A stretch of 64,000 nucleotides of DNA from Pseudomonadota bacterium (GTDB taxonomy: Bacteria; Chloroflexota; Ktedonobacteria; Ktedonobacterales; JADMIN01). Numbering within the stretch: position 1 is the first letter of the stretch; the number at the start of each line of letters is the position of its first letter. The stretch lies in assembly GCA_021324535.1 (NCBI GenBank), contig JAJPIU010000106.1, positions 3,961 to 67,960 on the forward strand, read 5' to 3'. The position numbers and the translations under genes were made by a program. This document shows positions 9,964-19,476 of this stretch, one piece after another. The notes beneath the pieces were generated by a model. The model ran no database searches. It had not been told where the DNA came from and saw nothing but the letters and a program-made list of their open reading frames with translations.

Positions 9964-10197
9964 GTCTCCTCTCCATCTTGATCTTGCTTGATATTGCGAA
10001 CCTCGCTTCTCACCGCCGCCGCCCGTCGCGCCAGTTGCGGCTCTGCGTTTGCATGCCGCACACTTCGCTTGCTTCATGCGCATTCATATCCCTCAGAAAC
10101 GAGCGGGCGGCGTGTCGTGCTATACTATTCAAAGAATGACATTCCCCGGCTGGCGCCCAACGCCAGCGCATTCCAGACATTCCAGAGGCATATCCCT

Positions 10198-10758
10198 ATG
10201 ATTTATAACGTTGCGCAGTTGATGAAGTCTGCCCCAGGAACCACCCTCGATGTGGAACTTGACAGCGACGATCAACTTGATTTTTCGGATGTGGAAGGCG
10301 ATGAGGCTGCGCCTGCCGGGCCAATCACCGGCCATGTGCGTTTGCATCGCACCAATCAGGGCATTTTTGCCGATGGAATCGTCTCGGTTCCCATGCGCTT
10401 GCAGTGCGCCCGTTGCCTGAAAGACTTCACAACAACACTCACCTTTTCCGTGCGCGAAGAGTTCTTCCCAACGATTGACGTAGTGACCGGCGCGCCAGTC
10501 TTCCCCCTGCACAGCGAAGAGGCGTTTCCGATTGACCGGCGACACCAGCTCGACCTGCGCGACGCCATTCGCCAGAATCTGACACTGGCGCTGCCCATTC
10601 GCGCGCTCTGCCGTGAAGAGTGCGCGGGACTCTGCCCGCAGTGTGGTCATGACCTTAACGATGGGCCGTGCGGCTGTGTGGTGGAGCAGGTGGACGAGCG
10701 ATTCAGCGCGTTGCGTGGCCTGCTCGATGATGCAGACGAATCCGAGCAGGTGGGATAG
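10198..10758 (+). CDS. yceD: YceD/DUF177-family protein
   Basis: Start re-set to MIYNVAQL. It has paired CxxC motifs (LQCARCLKDF and CAGLCPQCGHDLNDGPCGC) and a typical acidic tail. Confidence 0.8.
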   Translation: MIYNVAQLMKSAPGTTLDVELDSDDQLDFSDVEGDEAAPAGPITGHVRLHRTNQGIFADGIVSVPMRLQCARCLKDFTTTLTFSVREEFFPTIDVVTGAPVFPLHSEEAFPIDRRHQLDLRDAIRQNLTLALPIRALCREECAGLCPQCGHDLNDGPCGCVVEQVDERFSALRGLLDDADESEQVG

Positions 10759-10870
10759 AGCAGAGGCGCCGACATACGAGAGGGCGTTATTGCAACAGCG
10801 GATAGGACTTGCCGTATACAACAGTGGCAGAGACGCCACAAACGTGCTACACTTGGCGCAGCCTATGGCG

Positions 10871-10896
10871 ACGCTGGGTGACGCTGGGTGACGCTG
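10871..10896. repeat. 10-bp tandem repeat (acgctgggtg x2.6)
   Basis: acgctgggtg|acgctgggtg|acgctg lies in the intergenic region upstream of 10928. Confidence 0.8.
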
Positions 10897-10927
10897 ATAC
10901 CCGGAAACTCTGAAAGGCAGCAAAACT

Positions 10928-11287
10928 ATGGCGACAACATCAACAACTTCAGGGAGTCTGCTCTCTCACTTCTGGCGCGCGCTCTGGCGCGCGCTCGGCC
11001 ATGTTCTGCTTTGGTTTGCCATTGGCTTTGTCGTCGCGGCGATCATCGTCGAGGCGGTTGCGCTCATCTTCGCAGGCCCATCTCATATTGGTCTGCTGAC
11101 CCACCTGGCGGCGGCGGCGCTGGGGATAGCCTTTGGCTACGCTGCGGCGTTGACCGTGCTCGTGAGAGAGGTGATCGGTTTCCTGCTGAAGAGCCTGCAA
11201 GAGATCGAGCGGAGTGTGCAGGGGGACTTAACTGGCGGGTCGCGTATCGTTGAAGGGTTTGTTGAGAATATTGAGAAACGTTTATAG
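10928..11287 (+). CDS. Small membrane protein (2-3 TM), hypothetical
   Basis: 119 aa. Hydrophobic stretches: VLLWFAIGFVVAAIIVEAVALIFAG and LLTHLAAAALGIAFGYAAALTVLV. The stop is 2 nt before the kinase start at 11290. Confidence 0.55.
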   Translation: MATTSTTSGSLLSHFWRALWRALGHVLLWFAIGFVVAAIIVEAVALIFAGPSHIGLLTHLAAAALGIAFGYAAALTVLVREVIGFLLKSLQEIERSVQGDLTGGSRIVEGFVENIEKRL

Positions 11288-11289
11288 CT

Positions 11290-13083
11290 GTGATTCAGAG
11301 TTGGAAAGCGGAATCGCTCGTTGGCATGCGGCTTGGTTCCTGTACGCTGGAGCGCCCACTGGGCGTCGGCGGGATGGGCGCAGTGTTTCGCGCCCGGCAG
11401 GATCGCCCACGTCGGCAGGTGGCTGTCAAGGTGTTGCGCCCGCAGCTTGCCACTGACGCGCAAAACTGGCCGATCTTCATGGCGCGTTTTCAGCGTGAGG
11501 CCGACGCCACCGCTGCGCTCGAACATGCCAACATCGTGCCAATCTATGAGTTTGGCCAGGAACAAAATATCGCCTATCTGGTGATGCCCTATCTGCCCAA
11601 TGGCTCCCTCGCCGATCTGTTGGCCAGGAAGGGGCCACTTCCTGTTGAGCAGGCGCTCACCTTTCTCGATGGCGCCGCCGCCGCGCTTGATTATGCCCAT
11701 AGCAAGGGTATCATTCACCGAGATGTCAAGCCATCGAATCTGCTGATCCACTCCGATGGGCGCCTCATGCTTGGGGATTTTGGGATCGCGCGCCCGCTCG
11801 ATTTATATGAATTGCCGCCCACTCCTACCGGCGGAGTCAATCCGCAATTGACGCAGGCAGGTGTGGCGATGGGGACGCCGGAGTTTATGGCGCCCGAACA
11901 GATACGCGGTTCAGCCCTGAGCGCCCAGACCGACATCTATGGCCTGGGCATCGTCGCCTATACCATGCTGACCGGCCATACCCCATTCAGCGGAACCGAT
12001 GTGCCAACCACACTGGCGCGCCAGTTGAACGAGCCGCCGCAATCTATCCGCCGGTTTCGGCCTGATGTGCCGCTGGGGCTAGAGCAGGCGATCTTTCTTG
12101 CGCTAGCCAAAGACCCGGCTCAACGCCCAAAGTCGGCCACAGAGTTTGCGCAGATGGCGCGCAATGGCGCACGAGGCTTGCCGCTAACCCAGCCGGTTCA
12201 GCCTCAGCAGCCCTATGCTACCGTGCGGCTGCCGTTGCAGCGTACAGCGCCAGCCAGCCCGGTCGCCGCTCCGCCGATGATCGCTCCGCCCGTCGTCCTC
12301 CAGGCGCCTCCGCCTGTGGCGCCTGCGCCGATGGCTTTGGGGTTTGGGGCGCCACCGCCCAACACTGTTGCCATGCCGCCCGGTTCGCCAGCCCCAGGAG
12401 CCGCCACAACCTACGACGCGCAGCGTGTGGGCGGAGCGCCCTATACTGCCTACAGCGGTTCGGCGCTTGCGCCGGGCGCCCCTGGGAGCGCGCCTCCGCA
12501 ATGGCCTGTCCGGCAGGTCGCTCCGTCAGTTCCGCAGCGTGGAGGTGGCCTACGGCGATTTGCAATGGTGATAGTGTCAGTCATCGCCGTGCTGGCGCTG
12601 TTTTGTGTCGGCGCGCTCTTCCTCAACGCGCTCGGCCAGAAGAACACCACCGGGCCGACAGGTTCTCAGAGCAACCCAAGCGGGATAGCCACCACCAGGC
12701 CGTCTCCAACGCCTAGCCTATCGCCCAACCCTAGCCCCACAGCGACAACAGCGCCTGTGTCACTTGCCACCTCGACAAATAGTATCGTCCTGGGCTGCGC
12801 CGCCGACGGAGGAGGCGGCAGGCAAACATTTCAACTGACGAACACAGGCGCCCAGGATGTTCAGTGGACTGCCTCAGTTGTCGTGCAGGTTGGCAGCGCC
12901 CGCGCCATCAGTATCTTTCCCAAGAGTGGCTCCCTTGCCAGCGGAGAATCTACCACAATCACCGTCTATTATTTGATGCAAACGAAAGCTCAACAGGGGT
13001 TTATCAAGATACGACCCAACGATGATTCGGCGCACGCGGTGATGGTGCAGTATATCGCCAGTCCCTGCGGCTTGAGCGCCTGA
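11290..13083 (+). CDS. Ser/Thr protein kinase with a Pro-rich linker, one TM helix and an extracytoplasmic domain
   Basis: 597 aa. Motifs: GVGGMGAVFRA...VAVKVL, HRDVKPSNLLI, DFGIARP, GTPEFMAPEQ. The TM helix is FAMVIVSVIAVLALFCVGALFL. Confidence 0.9.
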   Translation: MIQSWKAESLVGMRLGSCTLERPLGVGGMGAVFRARQDRPRRQVAVKVLRPQLATDAQNWPIFMARFQREADATAALEHANIVPIYEFGQEQNIAYLVMPYLPNGSLADLLARKGPLPVEQALTFLDGAAAALDYAHSKGIIHRDVKPSNLLIHSDGRLMLGDFGIARPLDLYELPPTPTGGVNPQLTQAGVAMGTPEFMAPEQIRGSALSAQTDIYGLGIVAYTMLTGHTPFSGTDVPTTLARQLNEPPQSIRRFRPDVPLGLEQAIFLALAKDPAQRPKSATEFAQMARNGARGLPLTQPVQPQQPYATVRLPLQRTAPASPVAAPPMIAPPVVLQAPPPVAPAPMALGFGAPPPNTVAMPPGSPAPGAATTYDAQRVGGAPYTAYSGSALAPGAPGSAPPQWPVRQVAPSVPQRGGGLRRFAMVIVSVIAVLALFCVGALFLNALGQKNTTGPTGSQSNPSGIATTRPSPTPSLSPNPSPTATTAPVSLATSTNSIVLGCAADGGGGRQTFQLTNTGAQDVQWTASVVVQVGSARAISIFPKSGSLASGESTTITVYYLMQTKAQQGFIKIRPNDDSAHAVMVQYIASPCGLSA

Positions 13084-13210
13084 TTGCGAGCTAATTGCGC
13101 TCCAATTGGGGACAGACGCCGAATATTTCTTATAATCAAGATGTGATACCAACACTGCCAACACCATCGGCTCCCTGCCTGAGAGCCGGGCGAAGATTAA
13201 AGGTTGAGAC

Positions 13211-14434
13211 ATGAACTACTTTCTGACCGCGCGCCAGCGTGGGTTTCTGGCGCTGGCGGAGCCGCTGGCCGCGCGCTTCGCCGAGCGCGCCGAACGGCAC
13301 GACGCCGCAGCATCATTCCCCTTTGAGAACTTCGACGACCTGCGCCAGGCGGGACTCCTTGCGCTCACAGTTCCCACCAAAGATGGTGGCCTGGGCGCCG
13401 ACGAGTTGGATTATGCCCTCGTTCTCGAACGCCTTGCCTGGGGCGACGCCTCCACCGCGCTGGCGCTTGGCATGAGCCTGAGCAACATTGGCCAGCTTGT
13501 CGAGGGGAATCTCTGGCCGGAGCGCACGCCTGCCCTGCTGCGCGAGGTGGTGGAGCAGGGCGCGACCCTCAACGCTGCCCAGGCCGAGCCTGAGATGGGC
13601 AGTCCCAGCTACGGCGGATTGCCCGCCACTACAGCCCGACGCGATCCTACCACTAATGAATGGCGCATCGTAGGACGAAAAATCTACACAACAGGCGCGC
13701 CGGTTCTGCGCTACTTCCTGACGCTTGCCACTATCGAAGAGGGCGATCAGCCAGCCAAACTTGGCACATTTCTTGTCCCAAACGACGCCCCAGGTGTACG
13801 TATCGAACCGACATGGAATGGATTGGGGCTGCGCGCCAGCGGCAGTGACGATCTCGTGCTGGACGATGCGCGGCTGCCCGCAGACGCTCTGCTTGATGCG
13901 CGCCCCATTGGGTCGCCAGACCCGCGCGCCGTACTCGGCCTGCCCTGGGGAACGCTGACGCTGGCCGCCGTCTATACCGGCGTCGCCCAGGCCGCACGCG
14001 ACGCGGTTGCTCACTTCGCCGCCACGCGCGTCCCGACGGCGCTTGGCAAGCCGCTTGGCGAGCTTCCTTCCGTGCAGATGCGTCTGGGCGAGATCGAATC
14101 GTTGCTGTTAGTCTCGCAGCGTGTGATGTATGGGCTGGCAGCGGATTGGGTGAACTTGCCGGAAGAGGCGCGGTCAGCCCTGCGTCAGCAGTTGCCGCTG
14201 ATGAAGTCCATCACAACCAACAACGCCGTGCGTATCACCGATCTCGCCCTGCGCACGGCAGGCGGTTCGGGTCTGCAACGCGGGCGATTGGAGCGGCTCT
14301 TTCGCGACGCGCGCGCCGGATTGATCAACGCGCCTGTGGATGATGTCATCTTGCAGAATGCGGGCAAGGCGGCTGTGGCGCAGGCGCAGGCCAAAGCCCA
14401 CGCCGAGAACACCGAGGTTACGCCGTATGAGTGA
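13211..14434 (+). CDS. Acyl-CoA dehydrogenase-family protein
   Basis: 407 aa with the N/middle/C three-domain ACAD layout (FENFDDLRQAGLLALTVPTKDGGLG..., ...IYTTGAPVLRYF..., ...GGSGLQRGRLERLFRDARAG). Confidence 0.8.
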   Translation: MNYFLTARQRGFLALAEPLAARFAERAERHDAAASFPFENFDDLRQAGLLALTVPTKDGGLGADELDYALVLERLAWGDASTALALGMSLSNIGQLVEGNLWPERTPALLREVVEQGATLNAAQAEPEMGSPSYGGLPATTARRDPTTNEWRIVGRKIYTTGAPVLRYFLTLATIEEGDQPAKLGTFLVPNDAPGVRIEPTWNGLGLRASGSDDLVLDDARLPADALLDARPIGSPDPRAVLGLPWGTLTLAAVYTGVAQAARDAVAHFAATRVPTALGKPLGELPSVQMRLGEIESLLLVSQRVMYGLAADWVNLPEEARSALRQQLPLMKSITTNNAVRITDLALRTAGGSGLQRGRLERLFRDARAGLINAPVDDVILQNAGKAAVAQAQAKAHAENTEVTPYE

Positions 14435-15215
14435 AGAGCAAAATGCCAATGAGACCCAGGCGTCGACGCGCCAGTTTGCCCAGGCTGTAGAAATCACCAC
14501 CGCGACGTATGACCGCTTCGCACGCGACTATGCCGAGCGGCACGAAGATATGCCGCCACTGTGGGAGCGCCTGCTCGATACGTTCATTGACCGGCTGGAT
14601 GAAGAGGCTGCGGCGCATCCCATCCCTGAGCTTGGCCGCCCCGGCGACGACATTTCGCTTGAAGAGTATCTCAATTTTGCGCCTGTGCTCGATGCAGGCT
14701 GTGGCCCCGGACGTGACGCCCGTGCATTGGCCGCGCATGGCCTGCCTGTGCTAGGGATTGATCTTTCGCAGGGGATGCTCGATGAGGCACAGGAGCGCAC
14801 TGCGCGCCGCCTGCCACAGGGAAGCGTTCGCTACGCCATCATGGATCTGCGGCGACTGGATCTGCCGGACGCCTGTTGCCGAGGCGTGTGGTGCTCGGCC
14901 TCGCTGCTCCACCTGCCGCGCCATGTGGCGCCACGAGCCGTCGCCGAGCTGACCCGGGTCGCCCGCGCAGACGCGCCAGTGGTTGTCTTCCTCAAAGAAC
15001 AACAGTCGGGCGGAGCCAACCAACACTTCCTGCCCTACTTCAGAAGCGACGAGGCGTCTCCGCGTCGTTTCTTCACCTACTACACCGCCGACGAGGCGCG
15101 CATATTGCTCACCGGAGCCGGTCTGGTGGTGGATGACCTCAGCGCCGAACCCAATATGAGCGATCCTGGCGGCCCTGGCTGGCTGGCCCTGCTTGCGCGC
15201 AAACCTGAGGCATAG
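14427..15215 (+). CDS. Class I SAM-dependent methyltransferase
   Basis: The start ATG overlaps the upstream stop (ATGA). Motif I is VLDAGCGPGRDA. The track start at 14340 would overlap the ACAD gene by 95 nt. Confidence 0.8.
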   Translation: MSEEQNANETQASTRQFAQAVEITTATYDRFARDYAERHEDMPPLWERLLDTFIDRLDEEAAAHPIPELGRPGDDISLEEYLNFAPVLDAGCGPGRDARALAAHGLPVLGIDLSQGMLDEAQERTARRLPQGSVRYAIMDLRRLDLPDACCRGVWCSASLLHLPRHVAPRAVAELTRVARADAPVVVFLKEQQSGGANQHFLPYFRSDEASPRRFFTYYTADEARILLTGAGLVVDDLSAEPNMSDPGGPGWLALLARKPEA

Positions 15216-15232
15216 AAGGCAGCCGAAGTCCT

Positions 15233-15254
15233 CCCCTCCCATAAATGGGAGGGG
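15233..15254. terminator. GC-rich hairpin between convergent genes (CCCCTCCC-ATAAAT-GGGAGGGG)
   Basis: A perfect 8-bp stem lies between the stops at 15215 (+) and 15266 (-). There is no U-tract. It belongs to a recurring motif family (see finding). Confidence 0.5.
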
Positions 15255-15265
15255 CAGGGGGTAGG

Positions 15266-15577
15266 TTATCGCACGACAAACGACGCGAGCTTTGCCTCGA
15301 GTGCGGCGTTGGACGGCTCAACGAGGATTGATCCATCGGGGAAGAGGATTGTCGGCACGCGCTGCATGCCGTTGTTCAGGCGGCGCACGATCTCGGCGGC
15401 CTCAGGGTGTTGCTCGATGTCTATCTCGGTGTAGGGCACATCCAGCGCGGCGAACACCTTCTTCGAGCGGCGACAGTCGCCACACCAGGTCGTTGAATAC
15501 ATAATGATGCCCGTTTGCCGCTTTGGCGCTGAGGTTGTCTCGCTTGCCTCGTTCATGGGATAGGTGATCTCTGCCAT
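15266..15577 (-). CDS. Glutaredoxin/mycoredoxin/NrdH-like thiol-disulfide oxidoreductase
   Basis: 103 aa. IIMYSTTWCGDCRRSKKVF...VPTILFPDG shows a CxxC active site plus the cis-Pro region of the thioredoxin fold. Confidence 0.8.
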   Translation of the reverse strand: MAEITYPMNEASETTSAPKRQTGIIMYSTTWCGDCRRSKKVFAALDVPYTEIDIEQHPEAAEIVRRLNNGMQRVPTILFPDGSILVEPSNAALEAKLASFVVR

Positions 15578-15714
15578 TGGAAAAACGTCTCCTGTTGTTG
15601 AAGTGATATGATACGTGACGGCGCGTCAGCATGCCTGGCATGCCCGGCAATCGCCGAGAGCCCTCATGGCTCCTCGGGAGCGCCTCTCAACCTGCGCGTT
15701 GGCGTCAACGTAAT

Positions 15715-15731
15715 ACTATACAAAGTATAGT
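15715..15731. promoter_or_regulatory. AT-rich inverted repeat ACTATAC-AAA-GTATAGT in a divergent promoter region
   Basis: Perfect 7-bp arms. It contains -10-like hexamers on both strands (TATAGT on plus, TATACT on minus). Confidence 0.3.
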
Positions 15732-15927
15732 GTGGAAACGGCTGACAATGCAACAGCAACACAGCCAAACAGGCCAGGAGAGTGTACCTGAGACCGCCTC
15801 AGGCGGTATACTTAGCATATAAGGGTAAGACGTAACTTTCGCAGAGATATGCACAAATATTCGCCCGGAGATGTCCTCATGGCGCTGGCTGCTATCGCGC
15901 CGCCATGAGTTGCTATGGATGTAACCA

Positions 15928-17043
15928 ATGGAGCCACCTGTTCGTCCCTACAATCCGAATGGCCCTGGCGGCGCGCGTCCAAATGTCGCCAATCCGACCA
16001 AGCGGTCGCAGGAGGCTGATGCGCACGATCATCTCGCTGCGCCGCAGCTTGCGACACAGGCCGCGCCCAGCGTCGCAGCGCGTGTTCCCCGCGCGCCGCG
16101 CGCCTCTGTGGCAGGGGTGGTCAGCCAACCGGTGGCCCCGCCGGACGTAGCGCCTACAGCGCCAGCGCCCGGCGCGAAGCGCACAGCCAAAGGGCAGCCG
16201 CGTGGAGTGCGCCGCACAACGCAGGGCAAGGCCAAACGCGGCGCGGTGAAGGGTACGGATGGCGCAAAGACCGAACAGCAGGAGCCGCAGAGCGAGTCCG
16301 GTGAATACGCCGAGCGTGCGCAGGCCAGCGGCGCTGACCTGGTTGTGGCGCCACCGTCCGGGCCACTTGCTCCCGTTGATGCGGTTGATTCGTTGGAAGT
16401 AGTGGAGGCGACGCCAGAAGAAGGAGTGGGTGGAGCGGTCATTGGCGTCGCCGACTTTGAAGACATTTTCACGCGCTTTCAGACACCGCTCACGAACTTT
16501 GTCTTTCGGCTGGTGGGCAACCGTGAGCAAGCCTACGACCTGACGCAAGACGTGTTTGTGAAAGCGTATCGCGCGCTTTCCGGTGGCACGACGATCCAAG
16601 CCGCCGCGTTGTCGTCCTGGCTGTATCGCATCGCCTCGAACACGGCGACTGATGCGCTCAGGCGGCGGCGGTTGATCTCATGGTTGCCTCTCTCGCTCTT
16701 CAATGAAGATCGCGGGGTGGGCGCGGGCATGCCAGGCATGGAAACGCCCGGCCTACAGCAGGGGCAAGGCGAAGAAACGCTCGCCAGTGCGACAAGCGCG
16801 TTCGCAAGCGGATATGACGGTAGCAGATTTGAACAGCGGGTGGCCGACCGAGAGATCGTCCAGCGAGTGTTGGGACGTCTGCCCGAAAAATACCGGCAGT
16901 GTCTGCTGTTCTACGAATATGAAGGGTTCTCATGCGCGGAGATAGCCGATATGTTGAGCGTCAGCCCGTCAGCCGTAAAGATGCGGCTGATGCGCGCGCG
17001 CGAACGATTTATCACCCTCTATCAGGAAGAAGTCAACGGGTAG
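15928..17043 (+). CDS. ECF-type sigma-70 factor with a ~190-aa Pro/Ala/Lys-rich N-terminal extension
   Basis: Region 2: FTRFQTPLTNFVFRLVGNREQAYDLTQDVFVKAYRAL. Region 4: LPEKYRQCLLFYEYEGFSCAEIADMLSVSPSAVKMRLMRARERF. Confidence 0.85.
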   Translation: MEPPVRPYNPNGPGGARPNVANPTKRSQEADAHDHLAAPQLATQAAPSVAARVPRAPRASVAGVVSQPVAPPDVAPTAPAPGAKRTAKGQPRGVRRTTQGKAKRGAVKGTDGAKTEQQEPQSESGEYAERAQASGADLVVAPPSGPLAPVDAVDSLEVVEATPEEGVGGAVIGVADFEDIFTRFQTPLTNFVFRLVGNREQAYDLTQDVFVKAYRALSGGTTIQAAALSSWLYRIASNTATDALRRRRLISWLPLSLFNEDRGVGAGMPGMETPGLQQGQGEETLASATSAFASGYDGSRFEQRVADREIVQRVLGRLPEKYRQCLLFYEYEGFSCAEIADMLSVSPSAVKMRLMRARERFITLYQEEVNG

Positions 17044-18737
17044 GCGCCCAATGTTCCCGCGCACGCTCCCTGCTTGTTTTGCGTCGCGATGACGATCTGA
17101 GTCCGGCGGAATCGGCGTTCCTTGACGAGCATCTGTCCACCTGCGCAACCTGCCGCGAACGCGCTGAGGCGTATGAGTGGGTGGGCGCCGCAGTGCGCAG
17201 CCTTCCACAGGAAAAGCCGCCTGCCTCGTTCCGCGCCGCTGTCTTTGCACAGATCGCTGCGCTCGCCAATAAAGACGCCAACACCCGAAGCGCAAAGCGT
17301 GGCGCAACGGCCACCATTGCTGCGTTGAGCCGCGCCGATACCCTCCCGGAGATACCTACGCTGGCGCCGCAGACGTTCGCCGCGCGCCAGGGGCGCGTTG
17401 GCGCAACGCCGGGCGGCCCGATTGTGCGGCTGCCGCTTTCCACATCCTCCGCGCTCGACCATCGAAGGATAACCCTGGGTCGGACGGTACGGATGGTGGC
17501 CGGGCTGGCGGCGGTGTTCCTGGTGGCGCTCATGCTGGCGCAGTTCATGCGCGGTGTCTACTCGTTTGGCGAGATTGCTTCCAATCTCTTCGGCGGCATC
17601 CATTCGCAGACGTCGCCAGACGTGCAGAAGTACCTCCCCGACGGGCGATATGATCTGGTGACGGCGGCGCTTGCTTCCACCGGTTGGCTGGTCTATAGCG
17701 CGGTTGATTCATCGGGCGAGGCGATGCTCTTTGGTGAGAACCGCCAGGCGCAACAAAGCTCGCCGTTGCTGGCGCGCCCCGCGCACACTGAGATTACCCT
17801 TTATACCCTGACCACTCATTGGATCATCTGGAGCGTCGGACGCGCAGCCGATTCGCTGCTGGCGCAGTCGCCCGCCCAAGATACGCCCTGGGCGTTGTAC
17901 ATCACGCTTCTGCCATTGGGCGCCAACCTGGCTCACCTTTCCGATGGGGCGCGCGCAGGACTGACACACACACTCATTGCGAGCGATTCGAGCCGCGCCA
18001 CGCTCGATGGCGTTTGGGCGGATGACACCATGGCGCTGGTCGCCGTTGAACAGGCGAACGGGGAAAGCGTCCTCGAACGCATGACGCTGACCAACAGTAC
18101 GATAACGCACGCACAGGTAGTGTACCGGGCAAACAAGGGCCATCGCGTCATGGAGCCTTCAGCCGACGGCGGCGTGATCTACTGGGCGGATGTGTGGGCT
18201 GACAGCGGCCATACGCTTCATAGCGCTGTCTGGCGGCAGGGAGCCGATGGACAGGCGCGTCCGGCGTTCGCCGACGACGACAACGCCTTCTATCCAGTTG
18301 CGACACATGGTGTGCTGCTCTGGGTCAGCGCACAGGCGCCGGTCGCTGCGTCGCCAGCTATGTTTGCCGCTGCGTCATCTGCTGACGCGCCTCTGTTCGA
18401 CACGCTGAGCGCGTTTGATCCAACGGCGACCGCCAGTGTTTCGACCTCGCCGCTGGTCACCCTCACCGGGATCGCGCAGGCCGAGCGCCTGAGTACTCAT
18501 CAGCAGTGGATCGTCGCCCAAGGCGTGACGGCCCACTCGTTGCAGGCGGCAGGCGATGATGCTCTGTGGCGCTCGGATGGGCAGGCCCATACGTATGATC
18601 TGCGGTCACATGCGCCATGCCAGGTGGAGAGCCAGATCGACACCGCGCCGATCACCGGGCTGACCTCCTCCTCGCTGACCTGGGCGGAGAGCGACACTGG
18701 CCCCATCTACGTCTATAACCTTCCGGCTGCGGCATAA
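16932..18737 (+). CDS. Anti-sigma factor (zf-HC2, one TM helix, large extracytoplasmic domain)
   Basis: CSRARSLLVLRRDDDLSPAESAFLDEHLSTCATCRERAE is the zf-HC2 signature. The TM helix is MVAGLAAVFLVALMLAQF. The only canonical in-frame start is ATG 16932, which overlaps the sigma gene by 112 nt, so the true start is uncertain. Confidence 0.7.
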   Translation: MRGDSRYVERQPVSRKDAADARARTIYHPLSGRSQRVGAQCSRARSLLVLRRDDDLSPAESAFLDEHLSTCATCRERAEAYEWVGAAVRSLPQEKPPASFRAAVFAQIAALANKDANTRSAKRGATATIAALSRADTLPEIPTLAPQTFAARQGRVGATPGGPIVRLPLSTSSALDHRRITLGRTVRMVAGLAAVFLVALMLAQFMRGVYSFGEIASNLFGGIHSQTSPDVQKYLPDGRYDLVTAALASTGWLVYSAVDSSGEAMLFGENRQAQQSSPLLARPAHTEITLYTLTTHWIIWSVGRAADSLLAQSPAQDTPWALYITLLPLGANLAHLSDGARAGLTHTLIASDSSRATLDGVWADDTMALVAVEQANGESVLERMTLTNSTITHAQVVYRANKGHRVMEPSADGGVIYWADVWADSGHTLHSAVWRQGADGQARPAFADDDNAFYPVATHGVLLWVSAQAPVAASPAMFAAASSADAPLFDTLSAFDPTATASVSTSPLVTLTGIAQAERLSTHQQWIVAQGVTAHSLQAAGDDALWRSDGQAHTYDLRSHAPCQVESQIDTAPITGLTSSSLTWAESDTGPIYVYNLPAAA

Positions 18738-18765
18738 CGGCTGGCGGGTTCCAAAAGAGGAAAAA

Positions 18766-18802
18766 GGATACGACTACATGCGTAGTGGTCGTATCCTTTT
18801 TT
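18766..18802 (+). terminator. Rho-independent terminator
   Basis: GGATACGACTAC-ATGC-GTAGTGGTCGTATCC is followed by TTTTTT and preceded by an A-run. It lies 29 nt after the stop at 18737. Confidence 0.8.
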
Positions 18803-19005
18803 GGTTATCCTCCCAGGAGCGAGATCGTCTTGCCGCACATCGCCACGGCCAGCAGAGACGCCTCCCAGGAGCGCGACGCTACGGGCGGGCGCTCCCTTCC
18901 CGACTGCTGTTCAACAGGGAGTAGGTGACGCCCGCTCGCTAGGCGGCCTCGGCGCCTTAGCCCTTAGCTTCTAGGCGCGACTTCAGCCGTCGGCTATGGG
19001 ATTGC

Positions 19006-19308
19006 CTACAAATAGGGCAGGAAGTAGAGCGCGCCGCAGATCGCTATCGCCAGCATCATCAGCACGAAGAGGCAGCCGAACGTGGTACACCCGTTGACGC
19101 CGCCGCTCTGGAGCCGGATGCGCTCGTTGATGACGCTTTCCGGCTCCGGGGGAATGGGCGCCTCAGGCGGAGAGAATATCGCCTCATCGTCGGTAAAACG
19201 GTTTAGCTGGCGCCCCGTGTCGGCGCGCTTCTGTGCGTCCGCGCCAGCGTCAGCCTCCCAAACGGTGTAGGACGACCCATCATCTCGCTCTATATGGCGA
19301 TATGGCAT
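19006..19308 (-). CDS. Hypothetical small protein with a C-terminal TM helix
   Basis: 100 aa with an acidic N-terminus. The C-terminal helix is TTFGCLFVLMMLAIAICGALYFLPYL. Confidence 0.45.
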   Translation of the reverse strand: MPYRHIERDDGSSYTVWEADAGADAQKRADTGRQLNRFTDDEAIFSPPEAPIPPEPESVINERIRLQSGGVNGCTTFGCLFVLMMLAIAICGALYFLPYL

Positions 19309-19450
19309 ATGCTTACCGCTCGCTTCCCGCCAATGCCTCGGCCAGTGGACGCCAAGCTATGAAGGATCAGGCGAAGACATTTTCGCCTGCCCTGCTCTCG
19401 CTCTCTCTACATGCGCATACGCACATGACACGCCAACTGGATGATCGCGC

Positions 19451-19470
19451 TCCCTCAGAACGCTGAGGGA
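19451..19470 (-). terminator. Hairpin just downstream of the yebC-family stop
   Basis: TCCCTCAG-AACG-CTGAGGGA forms an 8-bp stem. There is no clear U-tract. Confidence 0.4.
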
Positions 19471-19476
19471 GGGACG

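Noticed and set aside
10129-10923. 264-aa minus-strand ORF overlapping yceD
   Set aside because: It is antisense to a gene with clear DUF177 CxxC motifs, and no motifs of its own are present.
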